Shown: positions 48,901 through 58,640, counted from the stretch's first letter. The stretch: DNA of 64,000 nt from an uncultured Nitrospiraceae bacterium (GCA_963846575.1 CAWJWJ010000002.1:2208001-2272000), one strand, 5' to 3'. Made by a program: numbers and translations. The notes: generated by a model not told the origin, from the sequence alone.

Positions 48901-51682
48901 CGATCTGGTGCGTCAGATGGTCCAGGCCCATGCGTACTGGCGGCTGAAGGGACTCGCCGTGGACCTCGTGATTTGGAACGAAGACCACGCCGGATACCGC
49001 CAGGTCTTACATGACCAGATTATGGGGCTGATTGCAGCCGGGGTCGAAGCTCATGTGATCGATCGCCCCGGGGGAATTTTCGTGCGCACGGCCGAACAGA
49101 TGTCGGTCGAGGACCGCCTGCTGCAACAATCGGTGGCGCGGGCCATCCTCACGGACCGACGAGGCGCGTTGGCGGACCAGCTCGCCCCGATGACGGCCTC
49201 CGCGGCACCGGCCTACCGTTTCAAGCCGACACGCACGCATCGGCCCGATGCGCCGGTGCTTATTGAGGCTCGAGAAGATCTGCTCTTCTACAATGGCCTC
49301 GGCGGGTTCTCTTCCGATGGCCGGGAGTACGTCATCACCACGGGACCGGAGCAGGTAACGCCCGCCCCCTGGGTCAACGTGCTGGCAAACCCCTACTTCG
49401 GCACGGTGGTCTCCGAGCATGGTCTCGCCTACACGTGGGGCGAGAACGCGCATGAATTCCGCCTCACACCCTGGCACAACGATCCGGTCACGGATTCCAG
49501 CGGAGAAGCCTTGTATCTCCGGGATGAAGAGACCGGTCACTTCTGGTCGCCGATGCCAATGCCCACCCGGGGTACCAGCCCCTATGTCAGCCGGCATGGC
49601 TTCGGCTACAGCGTCTTCGAACATTCAGAAAATGGCATCCGCTCCGAGGTGTGGGTCTATGTCGCGCTGGATGCCTCGGTAAAATTTACGGTGCTGAAGC
49701 TGCATAATGAATCCGGCCGCCCCCGACGGTTGTCGGCAACCGGGTATGTGGAGTGGGTGCTGGGTGACCTGCGCCCCAAATCGGTCATGCACGTCGTAAC
49801 AGACATCGATCCCCTTACTGGAGCGTTCTTTGCCCGGAACCATTACAACACGGACTTCCCCGGACGCGTTGCCTTCTTCGACGTCGATGAGGGCACCCGG
49901 AGCATCTCCGGAGACCGGACTGAATTTCTGGGACGGAACGGGACCCTTTCCAATCCGGCCGCAATGGGTCGCTCGCGACTGTCGGGGAAGGTGGGCGCGG
50001 CCCTGGATCCCTGCGGGGCCATCCAGATCCCGTTCGAACTCGCTCAAGGACAAGAGCGTGAGATTATCTTTCGATTGGGAATGGGAAAGGACGCCGATGA
50101 TGCCCGTCAGCTCGTCCGTCGCTTCCGGGGCTCGATGGCAGTTCGTGGGGCACTGGAAACAGTCTGGCACCACTGGACCCATACCCTGGGCGCCGTACAC
50201 GTCGAGACGCCCGATCAGTCCCTCAACGTGCTCGCCAATGGCTGGTTGCTGTATCAAACACTGGCCTGCCGGCTCTGGGCGCGGAGCGGATACTATCAAT
50301 CGGGGGGAGCCTATGGGTTCCGCGATCAGCTGCAAGACGTGATGGCGCTGGTGCATGCCAAGCCACATCTCGCGCGGGAACAACTCCTCCTGTGCGCGAG
50401 CCGGCAGTTCCAGGAGGGAGATGTGCAACATTGGTGGCATCCGCCCTCGAACCGGGGCGTGCGGACGCGCTGTTCAGATGATTTTCTCTGGCTTCCCTTC
50501 GTCACCAGCCGCTACGTCATGACGACCGGAGACACCGGCATCTTGGATGTCCCGATTCCGTTTATCCAAGGCCGCCCGATCAACTCGGACGAGGATTCGT
50601 ATTACGATCTCCCGAGCCGGTCGGAACAATCAGGCACGTTGTATGAACATTGTGTGCGCGCCATTCTCAAGGGTTTGACTCAGGGCGAACACGGTCTCCC
50701 CCTCATCGGCTCCGGCGACTGGAACGACGGGATGAACATGGTCGGTGATCGCGGCCAGGGCGAAAGCGTGTGGTTGGGATTCTTCCTCTACGACGTCCTC
50801 ATGCGATTCGCGGCCGTGGCACGCAGGAAGGATGATGCGCCGTTTGCGGAACGCTGCCAGGCGGAAGCGGATCAGCTGCAGCGGCATATCGAAGCAGAGG
50901 GTTGGGATGGCGAATGGTATCGCCGTGCCTACTTTGATGACGGCTCCCCGCTGGGCTCCTCCAGTAATGAGGAATGCCAAATCGATTCCATTCCACAAAG
51001 TTGGTCTGTGTTATCAGGGGCGGGTGATCCGAGCCGTTCTCGATCAGGGATGGAGGCCGTATACACGCGACTGGTCCGGCAGGACAACGCCTTGATTCAA
51101 CTCTTGGATCCCCCCTTCGATAAGTCGCTGTTGAATCCCGGCTATATCAAGGGGTATGTCCCGGGGGTGCGCGAAAACGGAGGCCAATACACGCATGGCG
51201 CCCTCTGGACCGTGATGGCCTTTGCGGCACTGGGTGACCGCGAGCGCGCCTGGGAGCTTTTCGCCCTGATCAATCCGGTGAACCATGCCCGATCGCCAGA
51301 AAAGGTCGGGGTGTATAAAGTCGAACCCTATGTCGTCGCAGCGGATGTCTATGCCGTGTCACCCCACACAGGTCGCGGCGGATGGACCTGGTACACAGGC
51401 TCAGCCGGCTGGATGTACCGGCTGATCGTGGAGTCACTCCTCGGCCTGAGGCTGGAAGGAGCCCTATTACGATTCGTCCCCTGCCTTCCCCTCGAGTGGA
51501 CGACCTTCAAAGTCCACTACCGATACCGGGATACGGTCTATCACATTACTGTGCGGCAGACTCGCGACCCGGAATCTGCCATGTCGGTGACCGTGGACGG
51601 GACTCATCGTGCTGATTCCGCGATTCCACTGGTTGACGATCGCCGGGAGCATTCGGTTGAGGTGATCATTCCCGGGGGGTGA
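42941..51682 (+). CDS. ndvB: Cyclic beta-1,2-glucan synthase (NdvB/ChvB/Cgs; C-terminal GH94 phosphorylase)
   Basis: ~2900 aa; EWLLDNFY, ERKRGKL, LSHDLLEG, RWIRGDWQ, YQSGGAYGFRDQLQD, GDWNDG, ENGGQYTH; start may be TTG 42980. Confidence 0.95.
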   Translation: MTSSSSPLKGISTLKIRNRLREGRLRVTDVLRRSTLSQSDVGHEPPLRSELFSAGQMHQHGKTLAGSHEVSADHEPDQLLSRLAENEAVLMEVRGLVSDAMKGSRRITPAGEWLLDNFYLIEEQIRMAKRHLPKGYSRELPRLAKGPSTGLPRVYDIALEIISHGDGRVDPESLSSFVVAYQTVTALKLGELWAIPIMIRLALIENLRRAGARIASDRVHRNRAYEWAGQMMETAEKDPKSLILVIADMARSNPPMVSAFVAELARRLQGQSAALALPLTWIEQRLSESGLTIEHLVQSETQQQAIDQVSMSNSIGSLRFLAAMDWREFVEAHSVVEQTLHADPAGVYSRMDFATRDRYRHAVERLSKRSPLSEPEVATRAVRLAERRAGETGTDHRDAHVGFYLVDKGQPQLEQAVGMRRSLFDWIGKWSGRGATPVYLGSILLLTAALTGGFLALAAADGWSAWRLALMGFLSALASSQLAVTLVNWLATALVTPNPLPRMDFTEGLPPELRTLVVVPTLLQNAQGVEDLIEALEVRFLANRDRHLHFALLTDLPDAAHETVAEDDQVVRLVQTRIEALNDKYNSEHGETFFLFHRPRRWNAQERAWMGYERKRGKLGDLNALLRGGSEDRFSMVIGKTAILSSVKYVITLDTDTQLPRDSARQFVAAMAHPLNRPRYDLKAQRVTEGYGILQPRVAVSLPGTNRSRYARLNASEPGIDPYTRAVSDVYQDVFGEGSFIGKGIYEVEAFERALHNRFPENRILSHDLLEGSYARAGFLSDVQLYEEYPARYRSDVARRYRWIRGDWQIARWAFPQVPGANGRTQNNPLSTLARWKIFDNLRRSLVPAAMLSLFLLGWTVLSPVWLWSLSALSLLLIAPLMAAFGDLFRKPEDVRLDQHLTSTARATTQQLTHAMLTLMCLPYEAYYSLGAILRTAGRIWLTRTRLLEWSPSSTVHGTATGLIGEYRSMWVSPGLALGTAAYLLLSRPDALLVAGPVLILWGTSPLFTWWISRPIARYEAKLTADHTLFLRKMARKTWGFFETYVGPDDHWLPPDNYQEHPVPRVAHRTSPTNMGLALLANLSAYDFGYLSTGRLLERTKQAFDSMARLERYRGHFYNWYDTQSLKPLLPMYISSVDSGNLAGHVLTLRSGLLTIPDHAILSHRVFDGLRDTLTIWNDALGEAGDLPLGRLSTELTAASLDSSATLTAAHRSLDGLATLAAEAASRLDTTADGNARRWAHAFEQQCRGALTDLTVLAPWIGLPDSPRTLSSFPELDQIPTLRRLTELESEWLPAIEQRLGPDTTEPDRDWLAGLQRHLNDAGQRAGERITSLNHLAWRSGQFARMEFDFLFDGTRFLLSIGYSVTDRRRDVSYYDLLASEARLCSFVAIAQGQLPQESWFALGRLLTTTGGDPILMSWSGSMFEYLMPLLVMPTYQHTLLDQTYQAAVARQIEYGRERGIPWGVSESGYNMVDVHLNYQYRAFGVPGLGLKRGLGEELVITPYATALALMVAPEEACLNLQRLAAEGAEGPFGLYEAIDYTPSRLPRGQSSAVVRSYMAHHVGMSFLSLAYVILDRPMQRRFEAEPLFQATMLLLQERIPKATAFYAHSAELSDLRPASGVSETPVRILTTPNTPVPEVQLLSNGRYHVMVTNTGGGYSRWKDLAVTRWREDSTCDNWGTFCYIRDVESGEFWSMAYQPTLKPSKTYEVIFSEGRAEYRRHDHEIETHAEIVVSPEDDIELRRIRLTNCSGTRRTIDLTSYAEVLLALPAADALHPAFSNLFVQTEIVPERQAILATRRPRSLNEQAPWAFHLMAVRGPHSGEISYETDRMQFIGRARTLASPQAMDRSALSGSQGSVLDPVVSIRCQIVLDPEESVTVDLVSGIGETRDICLRLVDKYQDRHLADRVFELAWTHSQVVLRQLNATEADAQLYGRLAGSILYANASLRAEASLLSKNRRGQSGLWGYAISGDLPIVLLQIGDPSNIDLVRQMVQAHAYWRLKGLAVDLVIWNEDHAGYRQVLHDQIMGLIAAGVEAHVIDRPGGIFVRTAEQMSVEDRLLQQSVARAILTDRRGALADQLAPMTASAAPAYRFKPTRTHRPDAPVLIEAREDLLFYNGLGGFSSDGREYVITTGPEQVTPAPWVNVLANPYFGTVVSEHGLAYTWGENAHEFRLTPWHNDPVTDSSGEALYLRDEETGHFWSPMPMPTRGTSPYVSRHGFGYSVFEHSENGIRSEVWVYVALDASVKFTVLKLHNESGRPRRLSATGYVEWVLGDLRPKSVMHVVTDIDPLTGAFFARNHYNTDFPGRVAFFDVDEGTRSISGDRTEFLGRNGTLSNPAAMGRSRLSGKVGAALDPCGAIQIPFELAQGQEREIIFRLGMGKDADDARQLVRRFRGSMAVRGALETVWHHWTHTLGAVHVETPDQSLNVLANGWLLYQTLACRLWARSGYYQSGGAYGFRDQLQDVMALVHAKPHLAREQLLLCASRQFQEGDVQHWWHPPSNRGVRTRCSDDFLWLPFVTSRYVMTTGDTGILDVPIPFIQGRPINSDEDSYYDLPSRSEQSGTLYEHCVRAILKGLTQGEHGLPLIGSGDWNDGMNMVGDRGQGESVWLGFFLYDVLMRFAAVARRKDDAPFAERCQAEADQLQRHIEAEGWDGEWYRRAYFDDGSPLGSSSNEECQIDSIPQSWSVLSGAGDPSRSRSGMEAVYTRLVRQDNALIQLLDPPFDKSLLNPGYIKGYVPGVRENGGQYTHGALWTVMAFAALGDRERAWELFALINPVNHARSPEKVGVYKVEPYVVAADVYAVSPHTGRGGWTWYTGSAGWMYRLIVESLLGLRLEGALLRFVPCLPLEWTTFKVHYRYRDTVYHITVRQTRDPESAMSVTVDGTHRADSAIPLVDDRREHSVEVIIPGG

Positions 51683-51698
51683 GGCAGCCGGTCGCCCA

Positions 51699-51731
51699 TG
51701 CAGACCTCGGCATTGCAGGCCGGTGTCTGCA
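51699..51731. terminator. Hairpin downstream of ndvB
   Basis: TGCAGAC...CGGC-loop-GCCG...GTCTGCA. Confidence 0.35.
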
Positions 51732-51803
51732 CATATCGGCAGACCGTGACACTCAATCCCCTCGGCTTCCGGCCTCAGGGGCAACCATGTTCAGGATGCG
51801 CCC

Positions 51804-52583
51804 ATGCTGATTGACACGCACACGCATCTCGACGATGCCCGCTACGAACCGGACCGCGATATGATGCTCGCCCGTGCGCGGGAGGCCGGCGTGGAAACCA
51901 TGATCACCATCGGGTGTGACCTCGTTACCAGTCGATCCGCCGTGGCCATTGCCGATCGCTATCCCTTCGTGTACGCCTCCGTCGGCGTGCATCCCCACGA
52001 GGTCAAACACGTCGAAGCCACCTGGTACGACGAGCTCCGGCAATTGTCGCAACACAAGAAGGTAGTGGCCTATGGCGAGATCGGTCTCGACTACCACTAC
52101 AACCATTCTTCGCCAGAGGAGCAACGCCAGCGCTTCCGCGAACAGATTCAGCTGGCTCGTGAGTTGGGCCTGCCGGTCATTATCCACACCAGAGACGCGC
52201 AGGACGATACCGTTCGTATCCTCAAGGAGGAACGTGCGTCCGAAGTCGGAGGCGTATTTCACTGTTTTTCAGGAGATGCCTGGCTGGCGAAGGATGCGTT
52301 GGATTTGGGATTCTATCTGTCGTTTTCAGGCATCCTGACGTTTCAGAATGCGACCATGCTCCGAGAGATTGCCAAGACCGTTCCGGCAGACCGTCTCTTG
52401 ATCGAAACGGATTGTCCCTACCTGACTCCGATTCCCCATCGCGGGAAGCGGAATGAACCGGCTTATGTCACGCATGTGGCCGCACTGCTGGCCGTCATCA
52501 AGTCGGATGACGGCATCCGGACCGCAGAAGACGTGGGTCGCATCACCAGCGAGAATGCGCGCCGGCTGTTTAAAATTCCCTGA
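51804..52583 (+). CDS. tatD: TatD-family hydrolase
   Basis: IDTHTHL, GVHPH, GEIGLDY, IHTR, HCF, ETDCPYL. Confidence 0.96.
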   Translation: MLIDTHTHLDDARYEPDRDMMLARAREAGVETMITIGCDLVTSRSAVAIADRYPFVYASVGVHPHEVKHVEATWYDELRQLSQHKKVVAYGEIGLDYHYNHSSPEEQRQRFREQIQLARELGLPVIIHTRDAQDDTVRILKEERASEVGGVFHCFSGDAWLAKDALDLGFYLSFSGILTFQNATMLREIAKTVPADRLLIETDCPYLTPIPHRGKRNEPAYVTHVAALLAVIKSDDGIRTAEDVGRITSENARRLFKIP

Positions 52584-53103
52584 GCTGATGTGTTCGTTTG
52601 CGTTGCGACTTGGGTAGCTTGCGGGGGTTTCCGCCCTTGTCCTTGGACCGCTTCACAAGATCGGCATCGCCCCCATCCAACTCCTTGAAGGCCTGCGCCG
52701 GCGCGCCGGAGGACCGATCCTGCAGCTTGGCACGAAATTCCGCCGCCCCCAGAACGAACGCCCCGGCCGCTCTGGCCACGTTGACCACTTCATGATCCGA
52801 GGACACGACCGCGCAGTCCTTTCCGTAGGCACGAGCCAACCGTTGAATGACCTGGTCGGCTCGTTCGCCGCGCTTCGAATAGACGACTTCGATGCCGGAC
52901 TGGTGCTCATGGTGTTCGGCCCCCGAGCCGCCCTGCCACCCGTCGAAGACAAGGGTAATGGCGTGACCTTTTCTTTGGCGGTACCCGGCCAGCCGTTGTA
53001 GCAGCGCCTCACGCGCTGCCTCGAGGCGGCCGCTGACCGGCGATCCCGCCATCCCGGCGCTGCCTAAAAGGTTATATCCATCGACAAGGAGATGCGTTGC
53101 CAT
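52570..53103 (-). CDS. NYN-domain protein (YacP/Rae1-like)
   Basis: LLVDGYNL, VFDG, ADQVI, VVSSD. Confidence 0.9.
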   Translation of the reverse strand: MATHLLVDGYNLLGSAGMAGSPVSGRLEAAREALLQRLAGYRQRKGHAITLVFDGWQGGSGAEHHEHQSGIEVVYSKRGERADQVIQRLARAYGKDCAVVSSDHEVVNVARAAGAFVLGAAEFRAKLQDRSSGAPAQAFKELDGGDADLVKRSKDKGGNPRKLPKSQRKRTHQLREF

Positions 53104-53196
53104 CTAAAATTACATCGTATAAGGCCTTGGGTTGACAATATCACAAACATTTGAGAAAAGGCCTGAGAGACTCCCTGTCGAGAGGAATGCCGGTTC

Positions 53197-54525
53197 GTGA
53201 ATTCTGCTGTCCGTTTTACACGCAGTCTTTTCGCTCTCACCCTGCTGTGGCTGTGCCTCGGCGCCATCGCCCTGTCCAACGCGGAGATTCAGACCGCACC
53301 CTCATGGCCGCAGATTCCTCAATGGGGGGGCGAAGAACCCGTTCCGCGCTTTCTTGCGGCGAAAAAAGACAGCACGGGAAAATCCCGGTACCCGGCCATC
53401 GTCCGCGATCTTCGATCCTGGTCGACCGCCGAGGGGACCAGACTCGTCCTGGATCTCAACCACAAAGTTTCCTTCGCTGAAACGCACTTACGCAATCCGG
53501 ACCGGGTCGTCATCGAGGTCAGTAATGCCATCCTGGGAAAATCCTCCCGTTTGCGCGTGTCCGGAGGGACCGTTCCGCCCTCGTTTCAAGTGGCACAGAA
53601 GCGCTCACGCACGGTCACGATCACGCTGTCGAGAACTCCAGGCTCTCAATACAAGGTGTATCCGCTGACCAACCCGGATCGTCTGGTGATCGATCTGCAC
53701 CAGCGGCCGAAGGATCAGATGAAACAGATCGGTGAGACCTCGGCGACGTCGCCCTCGGCTCCTCTCACCGCATTGCCGGCCCCTCCGTCCATTCCACGGC
53801 CGACCGTCACGGAGCCAGTTCGTCCCATTGTCCCGAAACCCGCCAGTCCGACCAGGACGATTGTGATCGATCCGGGACACGGAGGGAAAGATCCCGGCAC
53901 CATCGGCCACCAGGGCACGACTGAAAAAGACGTCACGTTAAAGGTCGGGCTGCTGCTCAAGACCTTGCTCGGCACGTTACCGAATACCCGCGTGCTCATG
54001 ACGCGGGAAAACGACAGCTTCATCGAGTTGGAGGACCGGGCGAAATTTGCCAATGGCAAAGAGGCCGACCTGTTCGTCTCCATTCACGTCAACTCTCATC
54101 CTCACAAGGGTGTCCGCGGTCTGGAGATTTATCACTTCGGGGAAGCCAAGGATCAACGCGCCCTGGAGGTTGCCGCGCGTGAAAACGGCACACCGCTCAA
54201 CAATACCGGCGTGGGATGGGAATATCTGGTGGCCGATCTGCTGACCTCGAAAAAGATCGAACATTCCCTTGAACTGGCCTGGACGGCCAAGCAGGCGATG
54301 GTGACCAACCTCAACGGCCGCTATAGCACCATCGATCACGGCGTGAAGACGGCCCCCTTCTACGTGTTGCGATTTACCACCATGCCCAGCATTCTCGCCG
54401 AAATCGCATTCATGTCGAACCCGGCTGAAGAATCGCAGATGCGGACACAACCGTTTCTTGCGCATATTGCCGAATCGATTTTCGAAGGCGTGAAGACCTA
54501 TCTCGAGTCGACTCCCCCCAGGTGA
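53197..54525 (+). CDS. N-acetylmuramoyl-L-alanine amidase with AMIN domain
   Basis: NPDRVVIE/NPDRLVID AMIN motifs; IDPGHGGKDPG, FVSIHVNS, ILAEIAF. Confidence 0.95.
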   Translation: MNSAVRFTRSLFALTLLWLCLGAIALSNAEIQTAPSWPQIPQWGGEEPVPRFLAAKKDSTGKSRYPAIVRDLRSWSTAEGTRLVLDLNHKVSFAETHLRNPDRVVIEVSNAILGKSSRLRVSGGTVPPSFQVAQKRSRTVTITLSRTPGSQYKVYPLTNPDRLVIDLHQRPKDQMKQIGETSATSPSAPLTALPAPPSIPRPTVTEPVRPIVPKPASPTRTIVIDPGHGGKDPGTIGHQGTTEKDVTLKVGLLLKTLLGTLPNTRVLMTRENDSFIELEDRAKFANGKEADLFVSIHVNSHPHKGVRGLEIYHFGEAKDQRALEVAARENGTPLNNTGVGWEYLVADLLTSKKIEHSLELAWTAKQAMVTNLNGRYSTIDHGVKTAPFYVLRFTTMPSILAEIAFMSNPAEESQMRTQPFLAHIAESIFEGVKTYLESTPPR

Positions 54526-54566
54526 CAGATCGTCGCGATTCGGGCTACCGTCCACACTTTCCGGGT

Positions 54567-55340
54567 ATGACTACATTTAAGATCGTCATCGAATATGACG
54601 GGACGCAGTACGCCGGCTGGCAGCGCCAACTGGACCTGCCGACTATCCAGGGGACGGTGGAGGAAGCCCTGGCGGCGATTTCCCGGACCCGTATCACGCT
54701 GGTCGGCGCCGGCCGCACCGATGCCGGCGTACATGCCCTCGGCCAGGTCGCCAGCTTCAGAACCGATCGCGGTCTGTCCGGAAGGGAATGGTGTCGCGCC
54801 CTGAACGCCCACCTCCCTGCTGACATCAGCGCCCTGACGGTCGAACAGGTGCCCGATACCTTCCATGCGCGCTATTCGGCAATAGGCAAATTATACGAGT
54901 ATCGTCTGCTGAATCGCTCGGAACGCGCGCCTCTCCAGCGGGAACGGGCCTGGATGCTCTACAAACCGCTCGACTTCCCAGCCATGACCGAGGCCGCGGC
55001 CCACTTGACCGGTGAACAGGACTTTTCGTCATTTGAAACCGCACCGACCGACAACGAGAATCCACGCTGCCGGTTGGAACAGTCGGACCTCAGGCGAGAG
55101 GGTCATCTCATCGTGTTCGCCTTCTATGCCGATCGATTTCTCAAACAGATGGTCCGCTCGATGGTGGGAACTCTCGTAGAGGTGGGGCAGGGAAAACGAA
55201 AGGCCGCCGACATGCCCGCCGTGCTCGGCGCACGATCCCGCGCGGCGGCGGGAAGAACCGCCCCGGCGCATGGTCTTTATCTGGTCAGAGTCGATTACGG
55301 CCCGGCATTGGATCGCTGCACGGAGCCCTCTCCCGAATGA
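54567..55340 (+). CDS. truA: tRNA pseudouridine(38-40) synthase
   Basis: EYDGT, AGRTDAGVHA, FHARY, FLKQMVR. Confidence 0.97.
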   Translation: MTTFKIVIEYDGTQYAGWQRQLDLPTIQGTVEEALAAISRTRITLVGAGRTDAGVHALGQVASFRTDRGLSGREWCRALNAHLPADISALTVEQVPDTFHARYSAIGKLYEYRLLNRSERAPLQRERAWMLYKPLDFPAMTEAAAHLTGEQDFSSFETAPTDNENPRCRLEQSDLRREGHLIVFAFYADRFLKQMVRSMVGTLVEVGQGKRKAADMPAVLGARSRAAAGRTAPAHGLYLVRVDYGPALDRCTEPSPE

Positions 55341-55583
55341 CCACATGCGACACCGGGTTTTGACCCGCGCGATGACCGGGTAATGTCCCCCTCCCGCCGC
55401 CAACGCCTGCGAGACGGCCTGCCCTGTGCCAAACCAGCTCAGCCTCCTACCGGCGCAGCGCGGCCTCAGCTTCGGGTATACCGCGGCCGGGCGGTCATTC
55501 AGCGTTGATCGGAATTCTTCCGGGGTGCGACGCTGGTCCCGGCACCATGAGGGGAGCAGGATCCGTGTAGTGCGGGCCCGATG

Positions 55584-56234
55584 TTATCGAGAACTGTCGG
55601 AGTCTTGATTCTCGAGCTTCTTTCGGAGTTCGATGAGTTCCAGTTCGAGCGCGGAGAATCGATCGGCGATCGGGTCCGGCATATTCGTATGGTCCATGGT
55701 CGCATCCGGGAGACGCTCGCCATGCGTTTTGATGATCCGGGCAGGCACTCCGATAACCGTGGAGTTGGGGGGGACCGATTTTAGCACGACGGAGTTCGCG
55801 CCGATTTTGACATTGTCGCCGATGGTGATCCCGCCGAGGATTTTGGCTCCTGCCCCCACCACGACGTGGTTGCCGAGGGTCGGATGGCGCTTGCCGCGCT
55901 CTTTGCCGGTCCCTCCGAGAGTGACACCCTGAAATAAGGTGACATGGTCGCCGACTTCCGCGGTCTCTCCGATCACCACACCCATCCCATGGTCGATGAA
56001 AAATCGTGCGCCGATTTTTGCTGACGGATGAATCTCAATCCCCGTCAGCCACCGAGCCAGTTGCGAAATCGCCCGTGGCAACAACGGTATCTGCCGCCCT
56101 TTCAGCCAGTGGGCGAGACGGTAGGCCAGCAGCGCGTGAAATCCCGCATAGGTGAGAATGACTTCGAGCCTGCTGGTCGCAGCCGGGTCACGGTCGAAAA
56201 TTGCTTGAAGGTCCTGAGAGATCGTTTTAAACAT
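55584..56234 (-). CDS. cysE: Serine O-acetyltransferase
   Basis: [33 protein letters not shown]. Confidence 0.97.
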   Translation of the reverse strand: MFKTISQDLQAIFDRDPAATSRLEVILTYAGFHALLAYRLAHWLKGRQIPLLPRAISQLARWLTGIEIHPSAKIGARFFIDHGMGVVIGETAEVGDHVTLFQGVTLGGTGKERGKRHPTLGNHVVVGAGAKILGGITIGDNVKIGANSVVLKSVPPNSTVIGVPARIIKTHGERLPDATMDHTNMPDPIADRFSALELELIELRKKLENQDSDSSR

Positions 56235-56272
56235 CCATGCCACCACGGTTGATGGTCGCCGAATCTCGTCAC

Positions 56273-56755
56273 TCAGAGCCGCTCGATCAGACAGACCGCC
56301 TGAGCGGCGACGGCTTCTTCCCGCCCCACCGCATCAAGGCCTTCGCCGCTCTTCACCTTGACATTCACCAGGTCCGGATCCACCTGAAGGACTCCGGCGA
56401 TAATTTTTTGCATGGCCGCCAGGTGCGGGCTCAGCCGGGGCGCCTGAGCAATAATTGTACTATCCACGTTCGCGAGACGATACCCCTTCGCGCGCAACTT
56501 CACGACCACATCTTCCAGCAGCTTCAAGCTCGAAATATTCTTGAACCGCTGATCCGAACTCGGGTAGTGGCGACCGAGATCGCCCTCGCCCATCGCTCCC
56601 AGCAGGGCATCGCAGATCGCATGCACGAGCGCATCGGAATCCGAGTGCCCCTGGAGTCCTTTGCTGTGTGGAATCTCCAGCCCGCCCAGAATCAATTTAC
56701 GCCCCACCACCAGAGGATGAATATCCCATCCGCACCCTACCCGTACAGCCGTCAT
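56273..56755 (-). CDS. ispF: MEcPP synthase
   Basis: [24 protein letters not shown]. Confidence 0.97.
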   Translation of the reverse strand: MTAVRVGCGWDIHPLVVGRKLILGGLEIPHSKGLQGHSDSDALVHAICDALLGAMGEGDLGRHYPSSDQRFKNISSLKLLEDVVVKLRAKGYRLANVDSTIIAQAPRLSPHLAAMQKIIAGVLQVDPDLVNVKVKSGEGLDAVGREEAVAAQAVCLIERL

Positions 56756-57507
56756 TCTGTGCTCCTCACCGCCGTTCGTGACTGGAGAATCGCCTCTCCG
56801 ATCACGAGATCTTCCGGCCTCGTCACCTTGATGTTTTCACCGCTCCCCTCGACGACCACGACCGATTTCCCGATCTGCTCCACCAGATCCGAGTCATCGG
56901 TCGCATGGATCCCGTCCAACAGGGCCCTGCGATGTCCTTCTGCCAGCCATGCGCGACGGAATGCCTGCGGCGTTTGCGCCAGCCACAACGGCCGGCGATC
57001 CATGGTCCGCTCAATAAGGCCGTCCGCTCCCACGTACTTCACCGTGTCCCGCATCGGCAGCGCGATGATAGCCGCCCCGTGTTCCACTGCAGCATCGACG
57101 ACCTTTTGAATCATGTCCACAGTCAGAAACGGCCGGACCGCGTCATGGACGAGCACGATCTCCGTCTCCTCGCCCACCTCCGCCAATGCGTGACGGACTG
57201 AATCCTGACGCTGCGCTCCTCCGGAAACAATTTTTGTCACCTTGCCGAATTCGCCCGTTGCCAGGATGTGGTCCAGGCAATACTGTCGCTCAGCCTGTGG
57301 TACAGCGAGGATAATCTCGTGAATGACCGGAGAAGCTTGGAGAATGCGGAGAGACTGCACGAGAATCGGCCGGCCCCCCAATGAGAGAAACTGTTTCGGA
57401 ACAGTTCCCCCCATCCGAAGTCCACGTCCTGCCGCCGGCACGAGGGCGACCGTCCTCGGTCCTGTCGTCACCGGCGTCTTCTCACGCGAAGGCACGAACG
57501 AACTCAC
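56752..57507 (-). CDS. ispD: MEP cytidylyltransferase
   Basis: PAAGRGLRMG, PKQF, VHDAVRP, QTPQAF, NIKVT. Confidence 0.97.
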   Translation of the reverse strand: MSSFVPSREKTPVTTGPRTVALVPAAGRGLRMGGTVPKQFLSLGGRPILVQSLRILQASPVIHEIILAVPQAERQYCLDHILATGEFGKVTKIVSGGAQRQDSVRHALAEVGEETEIVLVHDAVRPFLTVDMIQKVVDAAVEHGAAIIALPMRDTVKYVGADGLIERTMDRRPLWLAQTPQAFRRAWLAEGHRRALLDGIHATDDSDLVEQIGKSVVVVEGSGENIKVTRPEDLVIGEAILQSRTAVRSTE

Positions 57508-57614
57508 AATCAGCGGGCGAGCCTCCCGCGGAGCCGATGCGGATGCTCATGCATGACGCCGCGTCCACACGACCCGCGAATCGGCTACCCCATCCGTGGT
57601 TCGCAGGTATCTGC

Positions 57615-58640
57615 CTATACACGCGCGACCTGATATTCTTCGCGCTCTGTGTCTTCCTTCAGACGGGTGAAGATCATGCGCCCCGCCGTCGTTTGCAGGA
57701 CACTGGTCACGGTCACATCCACATTGCGGCCGATACAACGGCGGGCATTGTCCACCACGATCATCGTACCGTCATCCAGGTAGGCCACTCCCTGACCCGC
57801 TTCTTTGCCTTCCTTCAAGACAAAGACCCGGATGGTTTCGCCCGGCAACACGACCGGTCTCAGGGCATTGCACAACTCATTGATGTTCAACACCCGCACA
57901 CCCTGCAGTTCGGCAACCTTATTCAGATTCAAATCGTTGGTAATGATGCGGCCTCCCACCTTCTTGGCCAAAACCACCAGCTTGGCGTCTACTTCCTTCA
58001 CATGGGGGAAATCTTCTTCGACGATACGGACATCGACATCGGTCATTTTCTGGATCTTATTCAATATGTCCAGCCCTCGCCGACCGCGCGCTCGTTTGAG
58101 CGAATCGGATGAATCCGCAATGTGCTGCAATTCATTCAGGATAAAATGGGGAACGAGAAATGGACCTTCAAGAAACCCCGTCTCGCAGAGATCGGCTACT
58201 CGGCCATCGATAATCACACTCGTGTCCAAAACCTTGATGCTCGCGTTTGAGGCCCGTGCCCCAGGCGGCCCGGCATGCAGACCGGGAAACTGCTCATAGC
58301 CGAACCGGGCACCCACGACCAAGCCCAGATACGGCAATCCCAGAAGGACCACCAGCCCGCCTATATGAAACAGGAACGTTTCCACATCGAAGACTGCGCT
58401 GCCTACCCACTCCACGAGGCCAGTCAGCACAAGGCCTCCGGCCAGACCGGCGGCACCACCGACGATAATGCCGAATGATAGTCTCCTGAGCGCGTACTCT
58501 CCTGCGATAATAAGGCCGCCTGCACCGGCCCCCATCCCCAATCCCATTAGAAGGAACTCGCGACTCGGATCCTGGGCCCGCAGAAACAGGGCCATGCCGG
58601 CAAGAGCGCTGAGAAGAACAAATATGGCCCGTGCTACCAT
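57615..58640 (-). CDS. PIN/TRAM-domain membrane protein (YacL-like)
   Basis: Four TMs, [33 protein letters not shown]. Confidence 0.95.
   Translation of the reverse strand: MVARAIFVLLSALAGMALFLRAQDPSREFLLMGLGMGAGAGGLIIAGEYALRRLSFGIIVGGAAGLAGGLVLTGLVEWVGSAVFDVETFLFHIGGLVVLLGLPYLGLVVGARFGYEQFPGLHAGPPGARASNASIKVLDTSVIIDGRVADLCETGFLEGPFLVPHFILNELQHIADSSDSLKRARGRRGLDILNKIQKMTDVDVRIVEEDFPHVKEVDAKLVVLAKKVGGRIITNDLNLNKVAELQGVRVLNINELCNALRPVVLPGETIRVFVLKEGKEAGQGVAYLDDGTMIVVDNARRCIGRNVDVTVTSVLQTTAGRMIFTRLKEDTEREEYQVARV

Noticed and set aside
56235..56272. T-box leader before cysE
   Set aside because: Spacer under 40 nt and no T-box sequence.
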